From Guillardia theta CCMP2712 (Eukaryota > Protista > Cryptophyta), in NCBI RefSeq assembly GCF_000315625.1, contig NW_005434644.1, forward strand, positions 574,998 through 638,997: 64,000 nt of DNA, written 5' to 3'. This document shows, piece after piece, positions 48,808 through 62,100 of the stretch. How positions within the stretch are numbered: the first letter of the stretch is position 1; each line of letters opens with the position of its first letter. Under the pieces are notes generated by a model that had not been told where the DNA came from, did not search any database, and saw only the letters and a list, made by a program, of their open reading frames with translations. Both the position numbers and the translations under genes were made by a program.

Positions 48808-50000
48808 ATGCGCTCCTTTGCGCTTGCGTGTACTGCGGTGACGCTCATGGCGCCAGGATCCAGCGGCTTTCAGGGAGCCATGCCGATCCTTCGATCTCAA
48901 TGCCAGTCAGGAAAGCAAGTAGCCTGCATGACCTGCGATAGGGGTATCGGCAACTTGAGAATGAACGAGAATGTTGCAAAGGAGGGAGAGCAAGGACTCG
49001 TGATTGGACGAAGGGACATGCTCGTTCGAACCGGCCTTGCACCCCTCATTTTCGGCGCTCTTTTTCCTCAGAATTCATTTGCAGACATGACACTCAACAG
49101 CTTCAAGCGAGCATACTTTCGATATGCTCCTAGGATCGAAGAAGGCCGAGATTTCTTTGTGTTGGAAGTGCGATCATTGATTGAGAAGGGAGAATGGGAC
49201 AAGATAGCTTCACTTTACGAGCTTACATCCGTCGCACAAGTATGAATTCAACGAAAAGCGATAAGGATGACATCGTTTTGATCGTTCGCTTTGAACAGGA
49301 GGGCAGTTCCAAAAAATCAATTGGGCTCGACATTAAGCAATCTGCCCTTGAGCGAACCCTCTTTTTGCCAATGCAGGTGATTGTCTTCAGTCAAGATAGA
49401 TAGAATTTTCTCAAGTTGTGAATTTAGGTCTTTATCACTTCATTTGAAGAGAAAGGAACAGGTCCCAAGCAACGTAAGATGAACGCACAGGTTTGTTGGT
49501 GACCTTTCGCCGTCTCGGTGTGAATGATTTACCAGGTAGACGAACTGATTCTGGCCTGTGACAAGATCAAAGAAGCTGTAGAAAAAAAGGATAAGCAGGT
49601 AGTAACCCTCACTTGCTCAGCTCTCTTCCTCCCTTCGCTTTTGCTTTCTGATTGATCGAGTGTCACTTAACTTCACTGCAAGGCTGCGTTGGCCGCATGG
49701 GATGAAGGGCGAGAGCACTTCAACAAGTACCTTCGCATTGCCAACAAGGGCATGACAATGCAGGCAGGCAACTCCTTGCCTGCATGTAAGATCTCAACAG
49801 GTAGCAGGTGAGGCAATTCGATCTGATCCCGGAGGACAGCAGCAAGTATGTCAGGACTCCGACCCGGCCTCTCAACACGTACGCTCAGGTCGGGAAAGCG
49901 ACACAGGTGAAGATTATCTCCCTCGTTCGATGAACCCTGATTTCAAGAAATTTCTGCACAGCAATTCCAGTTCTGTGACGAGAAAGGTTGTGTGAAATAG
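48808..50000 (+). CDS. Plastid thylakoid-lumen protein (signal peptide + transit peptide + TAT signal), possibly PsbQ-like helical bundle
   Basis: MRSFALACTAVTLMAPGSSG-F, S/R-rich transit, GRRDML...hydrophobic...SFA-D; mature helical exons ending CDEKGCVK-TAG. Confidence 0.8.
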
Positions 50001-50104
50001 GCTTCAAGTGATAACGACTATTCTTTCGTTAATATACATTCGGATCAGTAAAGATGAATTCTCATTACATCCCTGCATTTGCAGTGTTTTGAAGTGACTG
50101 TACT

Positions 50105-52547
50105 TCAGCTGGAACGACCGTTCGCATGCTTTGGGGGTTGCTGCGCCTCCTGGAGTGACGACAGTCTGAAAAGAATATTGTTGATTTGAGTTTCCATTGA
50201 GCTGCATATGCTCTCTAATCTCTCTTCAAACGACGTGTCTGTTCCTCTCGTGTGTGCTTGCATATCTTGTCCATTTCTCTCGCTTTGATCAATGTTCATC
50301 GCATCAAAGTTGCTATACTTGAACACGATCACGGGCTTCGTTTCGAAGAAGCTGTCATCCAACAGCATTCTGTTCCCACATTCTGTACAATGTATCACAG
50401 CCCTTCCATGCGATGTCTCATCGGCCATATCAACATCGCCTTCCATATCTCCATTGCCTTCCATGTCAAACTCGAGTTCGGATACATGGTTGTTGCCTGA
50501 AGTCAGCTGTGCAGCGTCCTGCAGCACCTGTGACAAGATGGGATCGTCCAACCCGATAAAGGGAGCGTGGCTGGGACTTTCCATGTTTGCTGCACTAGGA
50601 CTGCGATGATTTGACGAGGGAGAGCGCGAACGACCATGGTCCCACTTGGAGTCTTCCAGATGATCTTCTTGTTCAACAGGGTTATCTTTAGTCTCGTCTG
50701 ACACAAGATTGTACTTGATATCCGGGAGAGCAATGTCTTGAAATGCCGCGGATTTCCCTCGCTCTCGTCCTCCCTCCAACTTCCCAACCTTGCACTGACT
50801 TGGTCTTTCAGACTTCTTGTCGTCTGGAAAAATGCTCGTGTCCAAACTCTGGTCTTGAGGTATCAGGTACTGGTATTCAACAGACCCAAAGAAATCCAGC
50901 GAGTTGGGGGAGGAAACTTCTTCTTGGTCGACAGTCCCGTCCAACAATTTTGCTCGTTCGCAGTCCAGGAGCAAAGGCTCTGCGACATCTACTTCGAAGA
51001 AACTGTCCGACGACCCTAAGGATCTTGACCTTGATTTCTCTGAGGAGATGTCCCCTTCCTCTTCACAGCTCAGCACTTCCTCTTCCGTTGAACTCTCGAT
51101 TGCTCCCCTTGCTGGTGCTGCTCTTGCCGTTGACCCTTGTGTCGGCATGTCTTTAGCGTTGCTCTTGATGCAGCTGCCCTGCACTCGAATGGCGTTTGCC
51201 CTGGACGCCCGCACGTCTGACAGGTCTTTACCCTTCCATTCCACTCGCTTCACGATCCTGTCAAAATGAATTAGCACAGGGCATGAGCTAAGACGGGCGG
51301 TGCTGCCTACCTTGCAGAGAAAGGTCTTATCTTCTCCTTGTCCTTGTTCATCCTGAAGTTTTTGATGTCTTGCAAGGAAAGCTCCATCTTGTTATTTCGA
51401 GAGACGTCGGGGTTATTTGTCAATTCAACTTGTTCAAGGTTCACCACAGCAACTTTCTTCTGCTGTCCTTGAGGTTTGGTGGGCTGTGGGTGAGAATTCA
51501 GGCATGTCCGATAACTCACGCACTGATTTACCTGAGATTCTCTCACTGGACTTCGTGGACAAACCAAACTGCATCAAAAGGATTATACGATCTTACAGGA
51601 GAAGACTCTAATCTGTTTACCTTGCTGTCTCAGGATCATCTCTTCCAGCTTGATTATTGCTACCTTGCTCGCCACTTTTCACCTCAGACTTGCTGACATG
51701 GACACTGATCTGAGGTTGTATGGCCAGGGCATCAGCAGACGAGGGAGTTTGATCGCCTGACGACGATCCGACGAATCTGTTTGCTTTCGGATCTCCTGAT
51801 TTTGTAGCCTCCGCATCAGTTTGCGGCATCTGCAGCAGCGTCTCAGAGCTGACTTGCGATGCCTGGAGGTCTCACCCGCGAGGTGCTCGACTGCGGTCTC
51901 CTGTGCCTCGCCGAGTTCAATCGGTTCCTTGGGCTTGGCTGTTGCAGTCTGACGGTGGGAGCTGACCATGAGATCTCAGTAAGCCATCGCCTTTCCCATC
52001 CCGCAGCTTATCCTTACCTCGAGCAATCAGATCACAAGCTCGCTTCCCACCGTTGGGCGTGCCCTCTCGCGCCTCTTTGATTCTTGGCCCCAAAGTCAGA
52101 GATGGACGTGTAGGATTGCAAGCATATTCACCTGGGGAAGTAGAGCGATTCTCTGTTGATCTGAAGCTCGTCGTCTCCTTCGCCATATCGTATCGTCAAC
52201 TGAAGCTTCTCGTCTTGCTGCCCAACTGGGTCCCCCGTCAAGCAGAAGGACGGCATCGGAGCTCGCACAACTGTGAAATTCCTGTTCGAGTGCGACATGG
52301 CAGCGATAGAATCTTTTGTATCAGCAAGTCAAGGTCTCAGGAAATACAGTTGTTGCCCTTCCAACGAACAACCGCTCGTACAGACAAGTATCTGTGAGCC
52401 TTAACCGACATCTACAGGACAAGCGTCAATGTTCAGAAAAATCAAACTCTGTTCATCATTGGTTCGTGAACCAAGGACAAATGCAACAGCGCTATCAAGG
52501 TAAACTCATATCCTTGAGTCAGAGAATGTGATAAGCATCAGTAAGTG
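50105..52547 (-). CDS. Large hypothetical, mostly low-complexity/disordered protein (5' end uncertain)
   Basis: 390-codon terminal exon plus upstream GT/AG-bounded coding segments; C-terminal coiled-coil-like FEERLESICSSMETQINNILFRL. Confidence 0.5.
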
Positions 52548-52924
52548 TAGCAGGGAGATGAAGAGCAACGGCAGAGACGGAGCGCGCGCTCGATTGTGAG
52601 GAACTTGAATGAAGTGGAGATGAATATCAGCTACATCATGGCTGGTTCTTGGGTTCGTGATAGGAGAGAAGACAACAAGACTCGAGCTGTGAAGGAGGCA
52701 GCATCTTTGTTCTTGCATCAACCTCTGACCTCCCATGATCTGCTCTTGCCCCACCATCGGACTCGGAGCCGGGACAAGGGGCCTACGCCTCGAACAAGAG
52801 TACGAGAAGGAAAAGTCTGCCTCGTTTGTTTGATAGGCCGATAAGTTTGGTTCTCGTCTTCTTCTCTTATTATTCTGCTGCTGCCGCAGAAAATCCCATC
52901 ATGAGTCATTTATTTTACTCAAAT

Positions 52925-53420
52925 TCATGTGACTCAACTCAGTGACTGTGTCCGGCCGCCCGGGGGGGCCGGCTCAGTACCGGCATGCAGAATCCCGGAG
53001 TCTGATAATCTGGGACTCGCCGGATTAGCGGCGGGCCCGCCGCCGGCCTGGGAAGCCGCTGGCTCAGCGGGCCCCGGGGCGCGCCGCGCCACTGCGGGCG
53101 GCGGCCGGCCACTGCAGTGCCATCAATGTTTGTTTCAGGCTCAAAGTTAAGTGAAAACTTTCATCAGTACTACGGTACGGCGAGGACAAGCCGCTGAGCC
53201 TGGTGAGTCATTCCGGCGGACGCCGGAGTCCCGGGCCCGCCGAGCGGACGCGCGGGGCACCGTGATCGGACTGTGACTCTGCTGGGCCGCACTAGGGCAG
53301 GGCCGGGCACGGCTGCTACCGCCGAACTTCAAGTGAAAAGACCCCCGCGGCCCTACTAGGCTAGACTCTCCGGGACAGCACACTCAGTGCCCAGTCAAGT
53401 CACGGACTCCCGGCGTTGTC
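52925..53420. other. GC-rich CCGG/GACTC island
   Basis: gtgactcaactcagtgact, ccggccgcccggg, gagtcccgggcccg and similar words. Confidence 0.55.
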
Positions 53421-53609
53421 ACAGTAAAGAGGTGGATAGCCTGAGGAAGCAAACAACCAAGTTACTGCAGTGCGAGTGATGATTCATTATGGTTTCGACA
53501 GGTTCGAAAGGTGCCGCGCAGCAACAGCAGCAATGTACCTCTTGCAAGTGACGTCGATGTTTCCTATTCTGACAGATCGTAAAACAATCATCAAATCATG
53601 TCTTGCCCT

Positions 53610-55242
53610 CTACCTGGCACAGAATGCCTTGAGAAATTCATTGGCGTTGAAACCTGAGATCTTGATCCACGCAGGGGGCATTATCGTCGGCGTGTTTCCC
53701 CTTGTTCTCCACTTCGCCAGCGCGTCCAACAGACTAACACAACGATCAGGTGCGGCTTCAGCCCCTTCTACACAACCTCCCAAAGTCAAACAAGAAGAGG
53801 TTCTCCAGATTTCGCAAGCGATACTGAAGAGCCGAAGTAGAGACACCCAGGGCAAGTACGACGGTCCTGAACGTTGACGATTCTCCACTTTACGTTGTAA
53901 AGGCGTTCAGTTGCTTGACGGCAAGGCTTGAAGGCAGCGTCACCTTGCGAGCACATCTCTAGCTTCGCGCTCGATCGAGTCGATGGAGGAGTAAGCGTTG
54001 CTCGAAGGCACTTTGACATGCACGCACTCCAAGCATGTCATGCTCAAGACACGTGGAGGTGCAACGAACCTGAGGGCCGAAAAGAATATCCAAGAGATCG
54101 ACGTCGATATGCTCATTCCCGATGAACAACGAGGGCTTCGACGCTCGGAGACTGCAACTTGTCAATTGCTGGCAGTATTCATGGATCGATATTTACGTCT
54201 CAAGGAAGTCCAAGGCGATGCTCTCGTAGGTTGAAGCTGCATGTGCAAGAGCGCAATTTGAGTAGACAGCCCTGAGGGCACGTCACGACTAGAAGCCTGG
54301 CTTGACCAATGAGTTCCTGATCGGAAGAGGCCTCCAGAATGGATATGCCATCTCCACCATGGCAAGAGAGTCTTTGCTCGAAACTTCATGGTTCCCTGCC
54401 ATTGCTTCAGTCCGCAAACAAATCATGTCCTTCTGCTGACCAGGTGCCATTTGTGCTTCAAGGCAGTCAAAGAAATGACTTGTGATCATGAGAGCTTTAA
54501 ACACATGCTCACCCTTCCATGCGTACATTACCGGCTTGCAGTTAAAATGATCAGCGAGCCGAATGTCACCTGCATACCCAACGCCGCTTGGATCTCTCGG
54601 CTCAAGTTCTTGTCTGGCGTCTGCATCTCATCGGTCCCATGGTACGCTGCGCTGATGTCGCCATCACCGAAGCGCAGGTAAGCTCCACCCTAGTGGTCAA
54701 GGCATCAGAAACCTTCCATCGCTGTGGGACATCTCGAACTTTTTTGTTAGCGATCGCTTCTTGGATGCTCTCCAGCGTTCGATGAGTTCCCAGGCAAACC
54801 ACGTGCTCGGCATATCGCGGAAGCCCGACGGTGAACCTGCTGCTGTTCGCTTGCAGCAAGGTTCCTTCAGAAAGGATGGATGCAGTCAATCTCCAATCCT
54901 GTCCAGCTCAGTCAGCTTTCTTCTTCGCAAATTTGTTGATTTTCGTACGTCAGGTTCAAAAAAACTTGTCATGCTGAAGTTGTCGGATGCAGTGATAAGG
55001 ACTTGGCGGTTCAATTTGCTGCCTGTTGTCAAGGATTCGATCTGGATGCTCAGGATAAAGGTGAGAGGAGGTCGGATGAATTGAAATCTGAACTCAACAG
55101 AGTTGGTGTTGTCAGCCTTGAGCGGAAGCGATATGACAATGAGTGGCCGCATGTCATCATCACAGACTCGGTTGTTCTCAGTTTGACCATCAACAAGACT
55201 GACTATGGCGAGAAGCAAAATGAATGATATTCTGCTCATCAT
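53610..55242 (-). CDS. Secretory glycosyltransferase, GT-D fold (DUF1792-like)
   Basis: Signal peptide MMSRISFILLLAIVSLVDG; spliced exons give TLESIQEAIANKK|GGAYLRFGDGD...EMQTPDKNLSREIQAAL, LFIGNE, VPSSNAYSSIDSI, VVLALGVSTSALQYRL, FLFDFG|SLLDAL. Confidence 0.7.
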
Positions 55243-55644
55243 GATTTCCCTCCTGATCTCAGAAGGTAAGAACCACTGTCGGGTATGGCAGTGAAGCGAC
55301 GATGGCCGAGCCTGGCATTAACTAGGGCACAATGGCCGGGAGGAAACGGATCGATCCACCAGGACCTTCACATCGGCAGGCTGGGAAGTACAAGGAAGAG
55401 GAGAGCACAACTCGACAGAGAAGAGAGAAGGGGGGGGTGGGAGGGGTCGGAAGGGAGGAGGGAGGGAGGAAGGAGAGTATGATCGAGCAGCTGGTCGGGG
55501 TTTGTCGGGCAGACATCGCGTTACGACGGTTACGCTTGATTCAGTTGGTTACAATTTCCGTTATTAAATCCCGAAGCTCGTATGACTACGATTGTCACGC
55601 TGGTGAGCCGCCGTGATCGCCTTGGGAGGCGACGCTGGCAGGGG

Positions 55645-57071
55645 ATGCTGGGGAACCAGGCAGCGAACAGAAGGGAGGAGGAGGAGGAGGAGCAGGAGGA
55701 GCAGGAGGAGCAGGAGGAGCAGGAGGAGCAGGAGGAGGAGACGGTAGACAAGGAGGATCAGGGTAACAGCAACGTCTTTCAAACTCTTGCCGATGGCCTT
55801 TCAGCTACATGGAACAACGTTTTCAGCGAGTCTTCGGTCAAGGCAGCGGCGGAGGAGCCAGCAGGTGTCGGGATTGCATTTTCGACGACTTCGATCCCTG
55901 ATGGAGACGGAGTGGAAGCGTCTCGACTCGTCGTGGTCGGGTTAGAAGAAGGAGGCGTCGCTTTCGGAACAAGCAAGATCGAGGTAGGACTTCACCTGCT
56001 TGTTCAACTTTCCACATGTGGCTGTGGCTGACTTGTGTGCAGATGGGTGACGTCCTTTTGAAGATAGGAAAGACGGAAGTGCACGACTGCCCCCCTCATG
56101 TCCTCGCAAGAATGCTCCTCGGGAAGCCAGGATCTGTCGTCTCCCTTGTTCTCCACCGCGTCTTGTACTGTCCCGCTCTCCAGCACCCGCTGGGTCAGAG
56201 CTGGACTCGGCCTATTACAGGCTATGTCAAGGGAGCCGTGCACAACAGGAAGGGAGCGAGTCGAGGGAGGCTCATGGCGATGTATCCCAGCCATTCCCTG
56301 CCGGAGCCGCTAGAGGATGAGTTGGAAGACGAAGATTCGTTCAGTGATGCTGCGACCTCGCAGAAGCTGTGGCCGATGGGACTGAGCACCGAGGAGGTGA
56401 AGCAGATACGAGGAGCCGAGGAGGAGGAGGCCGTCGCTCCGACTGGACGCTACGTCTTCGCCTACAAGGTCAAGCTTGCTAGACGGCATCCGAGCAACGA
56501 CTTCCTTGACGGCCAATCGCTCCAGAAGGTTCTGATAGCGGAGTTGCAGGCGTGCAAGAGGCTGGGGATGATCGAAGGGCCGGTTGTGCAGAGCAAAGTC
56601 AAGGAGTACTACAAGGGCGGATGGTGTCTTGTGTACTCAGGCCGGCACAACGAGCGGTTCAATGTCGTTGAAGCCCTCCTTGACCATCTGGCATTCGACG
56701 AGAAGAGCGCCAGGAAACGAACATACATTCCTACGTATCTCCTTAGTAACAAGGTCAGCCTCGCCTTCTTGGATGACATGAACGGGAGCGCTCGGGAATA
56801 TTCGCGTTATAACAAGGGGATGAAGGTACGAAGGGTCAGAACCAATGACTCGAGCTTCATGGAGGTTGTGCTGGAGAATTCCGAGCACTTCTACAAGATA
56901 CGGTCATGTCAGACGTTGATCGGAGCGATCAAGGAGGAGATGAACTCGTGGTATGAGGTGATCCGGGCAGGCATCGAGCTCTGTTTCGACGAGAATAGAC
57001 CTAGCTTTATGCAGGCTCGTTTTGAAGCGATGGAACGAGCGCGAAACACTAAACGACTCAGTATCTTTTGA
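55645..57071 (+). CDS. PDZ-domain protein with possible C-terminal PH-like domain
   Basis: GVGIAF...LVVVGLEEGGVAFGTSKIE|MGDVLLKIGKTEVHD...MLLGKPGSVVSLVLHR; terminal EEMNSWYEVIR helix typical of PH domains; (GAGCAGGAG)n acidic repeat at 55675-55740. Confidence 0.7.
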
Positions 57072-57082
57072 ATGAATCCTTC

Positions 57083-58458
57083 TCAAACTTCCAGCGCAAC
57101 TTCCAGCTCCGCATACGCGTTTCCTGCGACTCATCGTCAGTTGAACGAGAAAACGGAACCAGCGAGTCTCACGCTGCTTGTCCTGGATTGCCTCGAGCTT
57201 CATGAGAAGCTGAGAAAGGCATAGGTCAACTCCACTTGTTGATCAAAGAAAATCGACCTGCTTCTCCTCTAGTTCTAGCTTTGCTATCTCCTTTTTCCTC
57301 TCCGCGCATAATTGATCTTCGTAAGCCACCCGATTCAGGTACGACTGTAACGGCTGTCATGCTGGAATGAGGGCAATGGTATGCAATCTCACATTGCTCG
57401 TCCTTATTTGATTTTGTTGCTTCAGTCGATATCTCATATGCATCGCGAGCTTCTCCCGCGCGTAGGTCTCATACTTGAGCTTCGCGGCTCGCTCTTCCTC
57501 CGCCAATCTTGCCCTCCATGCCTGCATGAGGTCAAGGGATGCTCACAAGGGGGACTACAAGAACCTCCTGCGCGATCGTTTGCTTCTCTTTCCTGAATTG
57601 TTGTACCATACGTCGTTTGCTCATGACCAGGTCTTGCCTTGCGCTCTACACTAAATCGTGAGCTTCCATCAAGACTTCGCCAGCATTTCTCACCTGGATC
57701 GAGGCTTTCCTCTGGGCTCGAAATAGTAGTTTCTGCTGTCTCTCGCGCTCCAGCTGCTGCTCCTCCTGTATCCTTTGCAGCTCTTTCTCCCTCGCGCGCA
57801 TCTCATTCTGAGCTTTCAGCTTCACTATTTCTTCAGCCTGCAGCAGAAACACATTCATCGACTGCAATCTTTGACCAAACCTTGATACCCTATGTTTCGT
57901 TTCTATCATGTTGTGACTCGCCCTAGTGAAGGATCAATCCACGCATTGCAAGAATGATGGGTCACCTCTGCGCTTCAATCTGCAGACGGCGGATCCGATT
58001 TTGCAAGGTATGATAGTCCTCCTCTGCTTGCTTTCGCGATATCTTGGCTTGCAACAGTCGTCTTGGCTGCTTGCAAGAAATCATCCAAACAGGGCAAAGG
58101 GGAGGAAGACTCCCACCTCACTCGAAGACGTTGAGTAAATGGAGGAAACGTTGGAGATGTTAGAGGATACGGAGCGACTGGACTGCGGTCTACCCATCAC
58201 CCTAGAGGAAGGAGTTGCGGTACTCGGCCGAATCAAGTCCGTCATCTTGGTCATGTACGGCCATCCTGGCTCTTTCTGCTTGACAACCTTCCTCGATGAA
58301 AGTCTCTTCGAGCTCTGCTCCGATCGTGGAGTGCTGGCGTCAACAAACAGCATGTCATAGTGCTCATCTGGTCCACGCTTGGAGTAGTGCTCATAAGTAT
58401 CAGTCGCCTCTGAGTTCGAGTCAATCAAGGCTAGCATCTCGACACCCTCTGCCGCCAT
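57083..58458 (-). CDS. Coiled-coil hypothetical protein
   Basis: S/P-rich first exon, then E/K/R/Q-rich exons (AEEIVKLKAQNEMRAREKELQRIQEEQQLERERQQ). Confidence 0.6.
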
Positions 58459-59180
58459 TCTGCTATTTCAGCTCTTTGAGTCTTGGGCTGATTCACGATA
58501 CTTCCATTGTTAGCTGCAGGAACGATGTCAAGTCAAGTCCCAGGGCAACTAAAAGAAACTCTAGATGTGCAAATCCAACTCCATTCCGTTGTTACTGCTG
58601 CCTCAGGCTAAACTCCTTCCCCCTCCCCCCCCCCCCCCCCCCCCCCCGGCGGTGTCTTTGGCTTCCTGACCTTCACTATCTCAACTTTTGCCTGTTTGAT
58701 TTGACTTTGATATATCTCTCTGTCATCTCTTCATTTTCTCCCTTTCGTCTCCCATCCCCTCGCCTCTCTTTTTCTCGCTTCCCCCCCTCAGTTGCTCGAT
58801 CAGTTTAGCTTCTGTTCTTTGCTTGCCGCTCATACATCTTCCTCTCGGTATCTCCATTCTCCTCGGCGTGTTTGGTTCCCTTCTTTCACACTTCTCATCC
58901 CCTGCCTCCTGTCGCAATATTCTCCCTCCTCTCGTTCTCCCCTCCATGCTCTCGCATCGTATTCCGTTTTCCGTTTGTTTTGACCATCTGCCCCTACCCC
59001 CCTTAATTCACTACCCACCCTACATCTTCAAGTAAAACAACAGACAGAACACCCCTGCTGGTAGGCACTGAAGTTTCTAGGTGCCTAGTGTGATAGGTGG
59101 GGTACTCGCTTGGAATGGCTGGCCTGCTCTCTCAAAAGAGCAGATTTTCAAAAAAGATTTCAAAAGTTGACTGGCGGGAC

Positions 59181-62100
59181 ATGGCAGCCATGGCGCATGG
59201 GAATGGAGGCCAGCGGCAAGAGCAGGAGGAGGCAGAGGAGGCAGAGGATGCAGAGACTGATAGAGAGGAAGAACAGGTATGTCGGGCTTCTGCTTCACCC
59301 CATTGCTGTGTCTGAGGCATGCCCACAGGATCCAGCGGAAGCCCCTTTTAGGGCAAAGATCCGTACGGAGCAGAAGGACTTGGAGAGGCTGCAGAAGCAG
59401 TTGAGCGAGGTGAAGGATCGAAATGCATACAGCCTCGCGGAGTTGAAGAAGAAGAGGAGGATGGAAGAAACTCTGAAGGCTGAGATAGAGGAACAGCTGG
59501 TAAGGCTCCGGAAAGCAAAGGAAGGACTCTTTGTATTTCAAAGCTGGAAGAGTTATCGGCCAGAGGAAACTGTCGCCCGAGTCCAAATTTCTGCAGGAAA
59601 ATCGAAAACTGAGAGACGGCGGGAGGAAGTAGGGGAGATGAACAAGAGAAAGAAGGAGGAAGATAGGACTAAAGTTGTACGAGATGTCTTCGACGAAGAT
59701 GTCAAAATCACCTCAAAGGGGCAAAACCTTAACAGGCATGAGGTCAAAACTCTCCAATCAAAGATATCCACGTCTCGATTTGACCCAGAAATATTTGAAG
59801 ACTTTATCTACATCAGAGCTTTGGTCTGCCCTGTTTGCCCTGCTGGTAGTCTTGATCTGACAAGAGGCAGGTCAATTTGCGCGGAAAAGAGGTTCTAATT
59901 CCCATCTACAAGGAGGACATTCGATTTCCCCACTTGGCATTGGACAGGTTCCTTCAGAATGAAGGGTATTGGCTGAACAAGGAAGACTACAACCTAATTC
60001 TCCAAGAAGTGAAAGGACAGATGCTAGCAAAGGAGGAGGAGGATCGAAAAGCGCAGATGGCTCGCAAGTTTGTGCCATGGCCGGACCCTGCAAGGTACCC
60101 AGCAAGAGTGATGTACTGCCTTGATCTCAACAACCCGGTCCGCCTGTTTCTCATCGCCACAACTGAGTGGATTTGGTGGCCGAGGTTGGTGCTACTGTGC
60201 ATCTTGCTGAACAGCCTGATGTTGGCGATGGATGACCCTGTGGAGAAACCTCCTCTGCCCGTCTCCCTGAGGGTGAGCGCAGTCTGCTCCATCTGCCTTC
60301 TTTGTGCGTTGTGATGCTTCGAAATGGCAGGGATTCATTCTCAACTCAGCGTCATACGCGTTCACGGTCATCTTCTCTCTTGAGATTCTCTTCCGCATCG
60401 TGGCGAGTGGGCTGTGGGGTCACCCCAACAGCATTGGAAGCGACGGTTGGAACTTTCTAGACATCGCAGTGGTGGCTATCGGCTGGTTGGAGATTCTGCC
60501 GTTCTTCAGTGGAGGGCTGCAGCTGTCTGCCCTCAGGTGCTCATGTAGAAAACTTCATGGTTGGCTTTATTGACGTTGGTTTGCTCCTCAGATCCTTGAG
60601 GATTCTTCGTCCTTTGAGGTCTGCCGACGGCATTTTGGCCTGTCTGCCCTCCTGATGTGTTTTTCAGGGCCATCTCAAGGTTCCAGTCGATGCGAGTGAC
60701 GCTGATCGTGCTCGCTCAGACCTGGAAGCCTCTCGCCGTCTCATTCACCGTCTGCATCATCATGTGCATCAACATCGGCATCCTCAACGTCTGCCTCTTC
60801 CAAGGCCGGCTCAAGAGCAGGTGCTTCGACCTCGACACCGGCCTGCTGGTGCAGAGCAAAGTTCGCTCCTGTGACCTTGGCAGATCGATGCCGCGGTCCA
60901 TCGCAGCAGGGACGTACGCTTGCGGGGTTGGCGAGCAGTGCCTGCCCGTGGGACGGATGTTCGACCCTCTGGCTGACTCGTTGAACTTCGACGACACGCT
61001 TTCTGCCTCACTCAAGATGTTCCAGATCTTCACGCTGGACAGTTGGGCAGACATTATGTACGCGACCATGGACAGCTGCTCTTTCGTCTCGTTCTCCATC
61101 TTCATCATCTTCGTCATGATCGGGCCGACCCTGGCGACCAACCTGTTCTTGGCCGTGATCACCCAAAGGCTCAAACTCGTCTCCAACGACCAGTACGTGG
61201 CCACAGTCTTCAAGGTAGAGAAGAGGATCCGCAACCCGCTCTTGTCCAAGGCCTTCTACAAGTGGTTCGCCCACTACAGGGCGACGGAGGAAGGGAACGA
61301 GGTGATTATGATGCAGAAGATCGACAAGAGGAGGCTGGGGGAAGTCAGGTCGGTCCTGGTCCGCCTTGGGTGCAGGAACGGGCTGATGGAGGGGATCAAC
61401 TTCGGCAGGGCCTTCAACACGTGGAAAGAGGTGTACCTGGTGCTCAAGGAGATGGAGAAGGAGGAGCTGCGGCTGGGAGTCGAGAAGGGAGAGGGGAGAA
61501 AGAACATCCTTGCGTTCCTTGTGGACAACTTCAGCCTGCTGAGGTATCGCATCAAGAATCTGATGAGAGAGCTGGTGTTCTCCTCCTCCCTCGAGAAGTT
61601 CATCGGCGCTGTTGTCCTCATCAGTACACTCACGCAGGCACTCGAGCATCACCCGGACAGCGTGCCAGGCAAGGCCTGGGTGAGTCCCCGCGGCTACCTG
61701 AGGTTCCATGCCGCCCTCAACGTGCTGAGCTTCGTCTTCACGGCTGTCTTCGTCCTCGAGCTCGTGCTCAAGGTCCTCGTGTACGGCATCGTCGGGTACA
61801 TCAACAAAAGCCAAAACATCATCGACTTTGCCGGTATGATCGAACCTCTTTCAAGAGTTACTAACAGAACGATCTCCTCCTCCTCCTCCTCCTCCTCCTT
61901 CTGCCCCTCTTCCCCCTAAACTTCCGCCTCTCATCCTCCCACCTTTGCAGTGGTTGTCGTCTCCCTGATAGAGCTTGAGGTTCATCCCCTCCTTCCTCCT
62001 CCAGCAGCTCTGACCCTTCTTTCAGACCACCATCGCCTCTCTGCGCTGCCAACTGACAGCAGACAACAAGTACGCCTGCCTCGAGTACGGAGGAGGAGGA

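Noticed and set aside
53470-55084. Plus-strand ORFs overlapping the GT-D gene, including an in-frame TGA that might suggest selenocysteine
   Set aside because: The minus strand yields a coherent signal peptide, family motifs and GT-AG introns; plus frames lack motifs and no SECIS was evident
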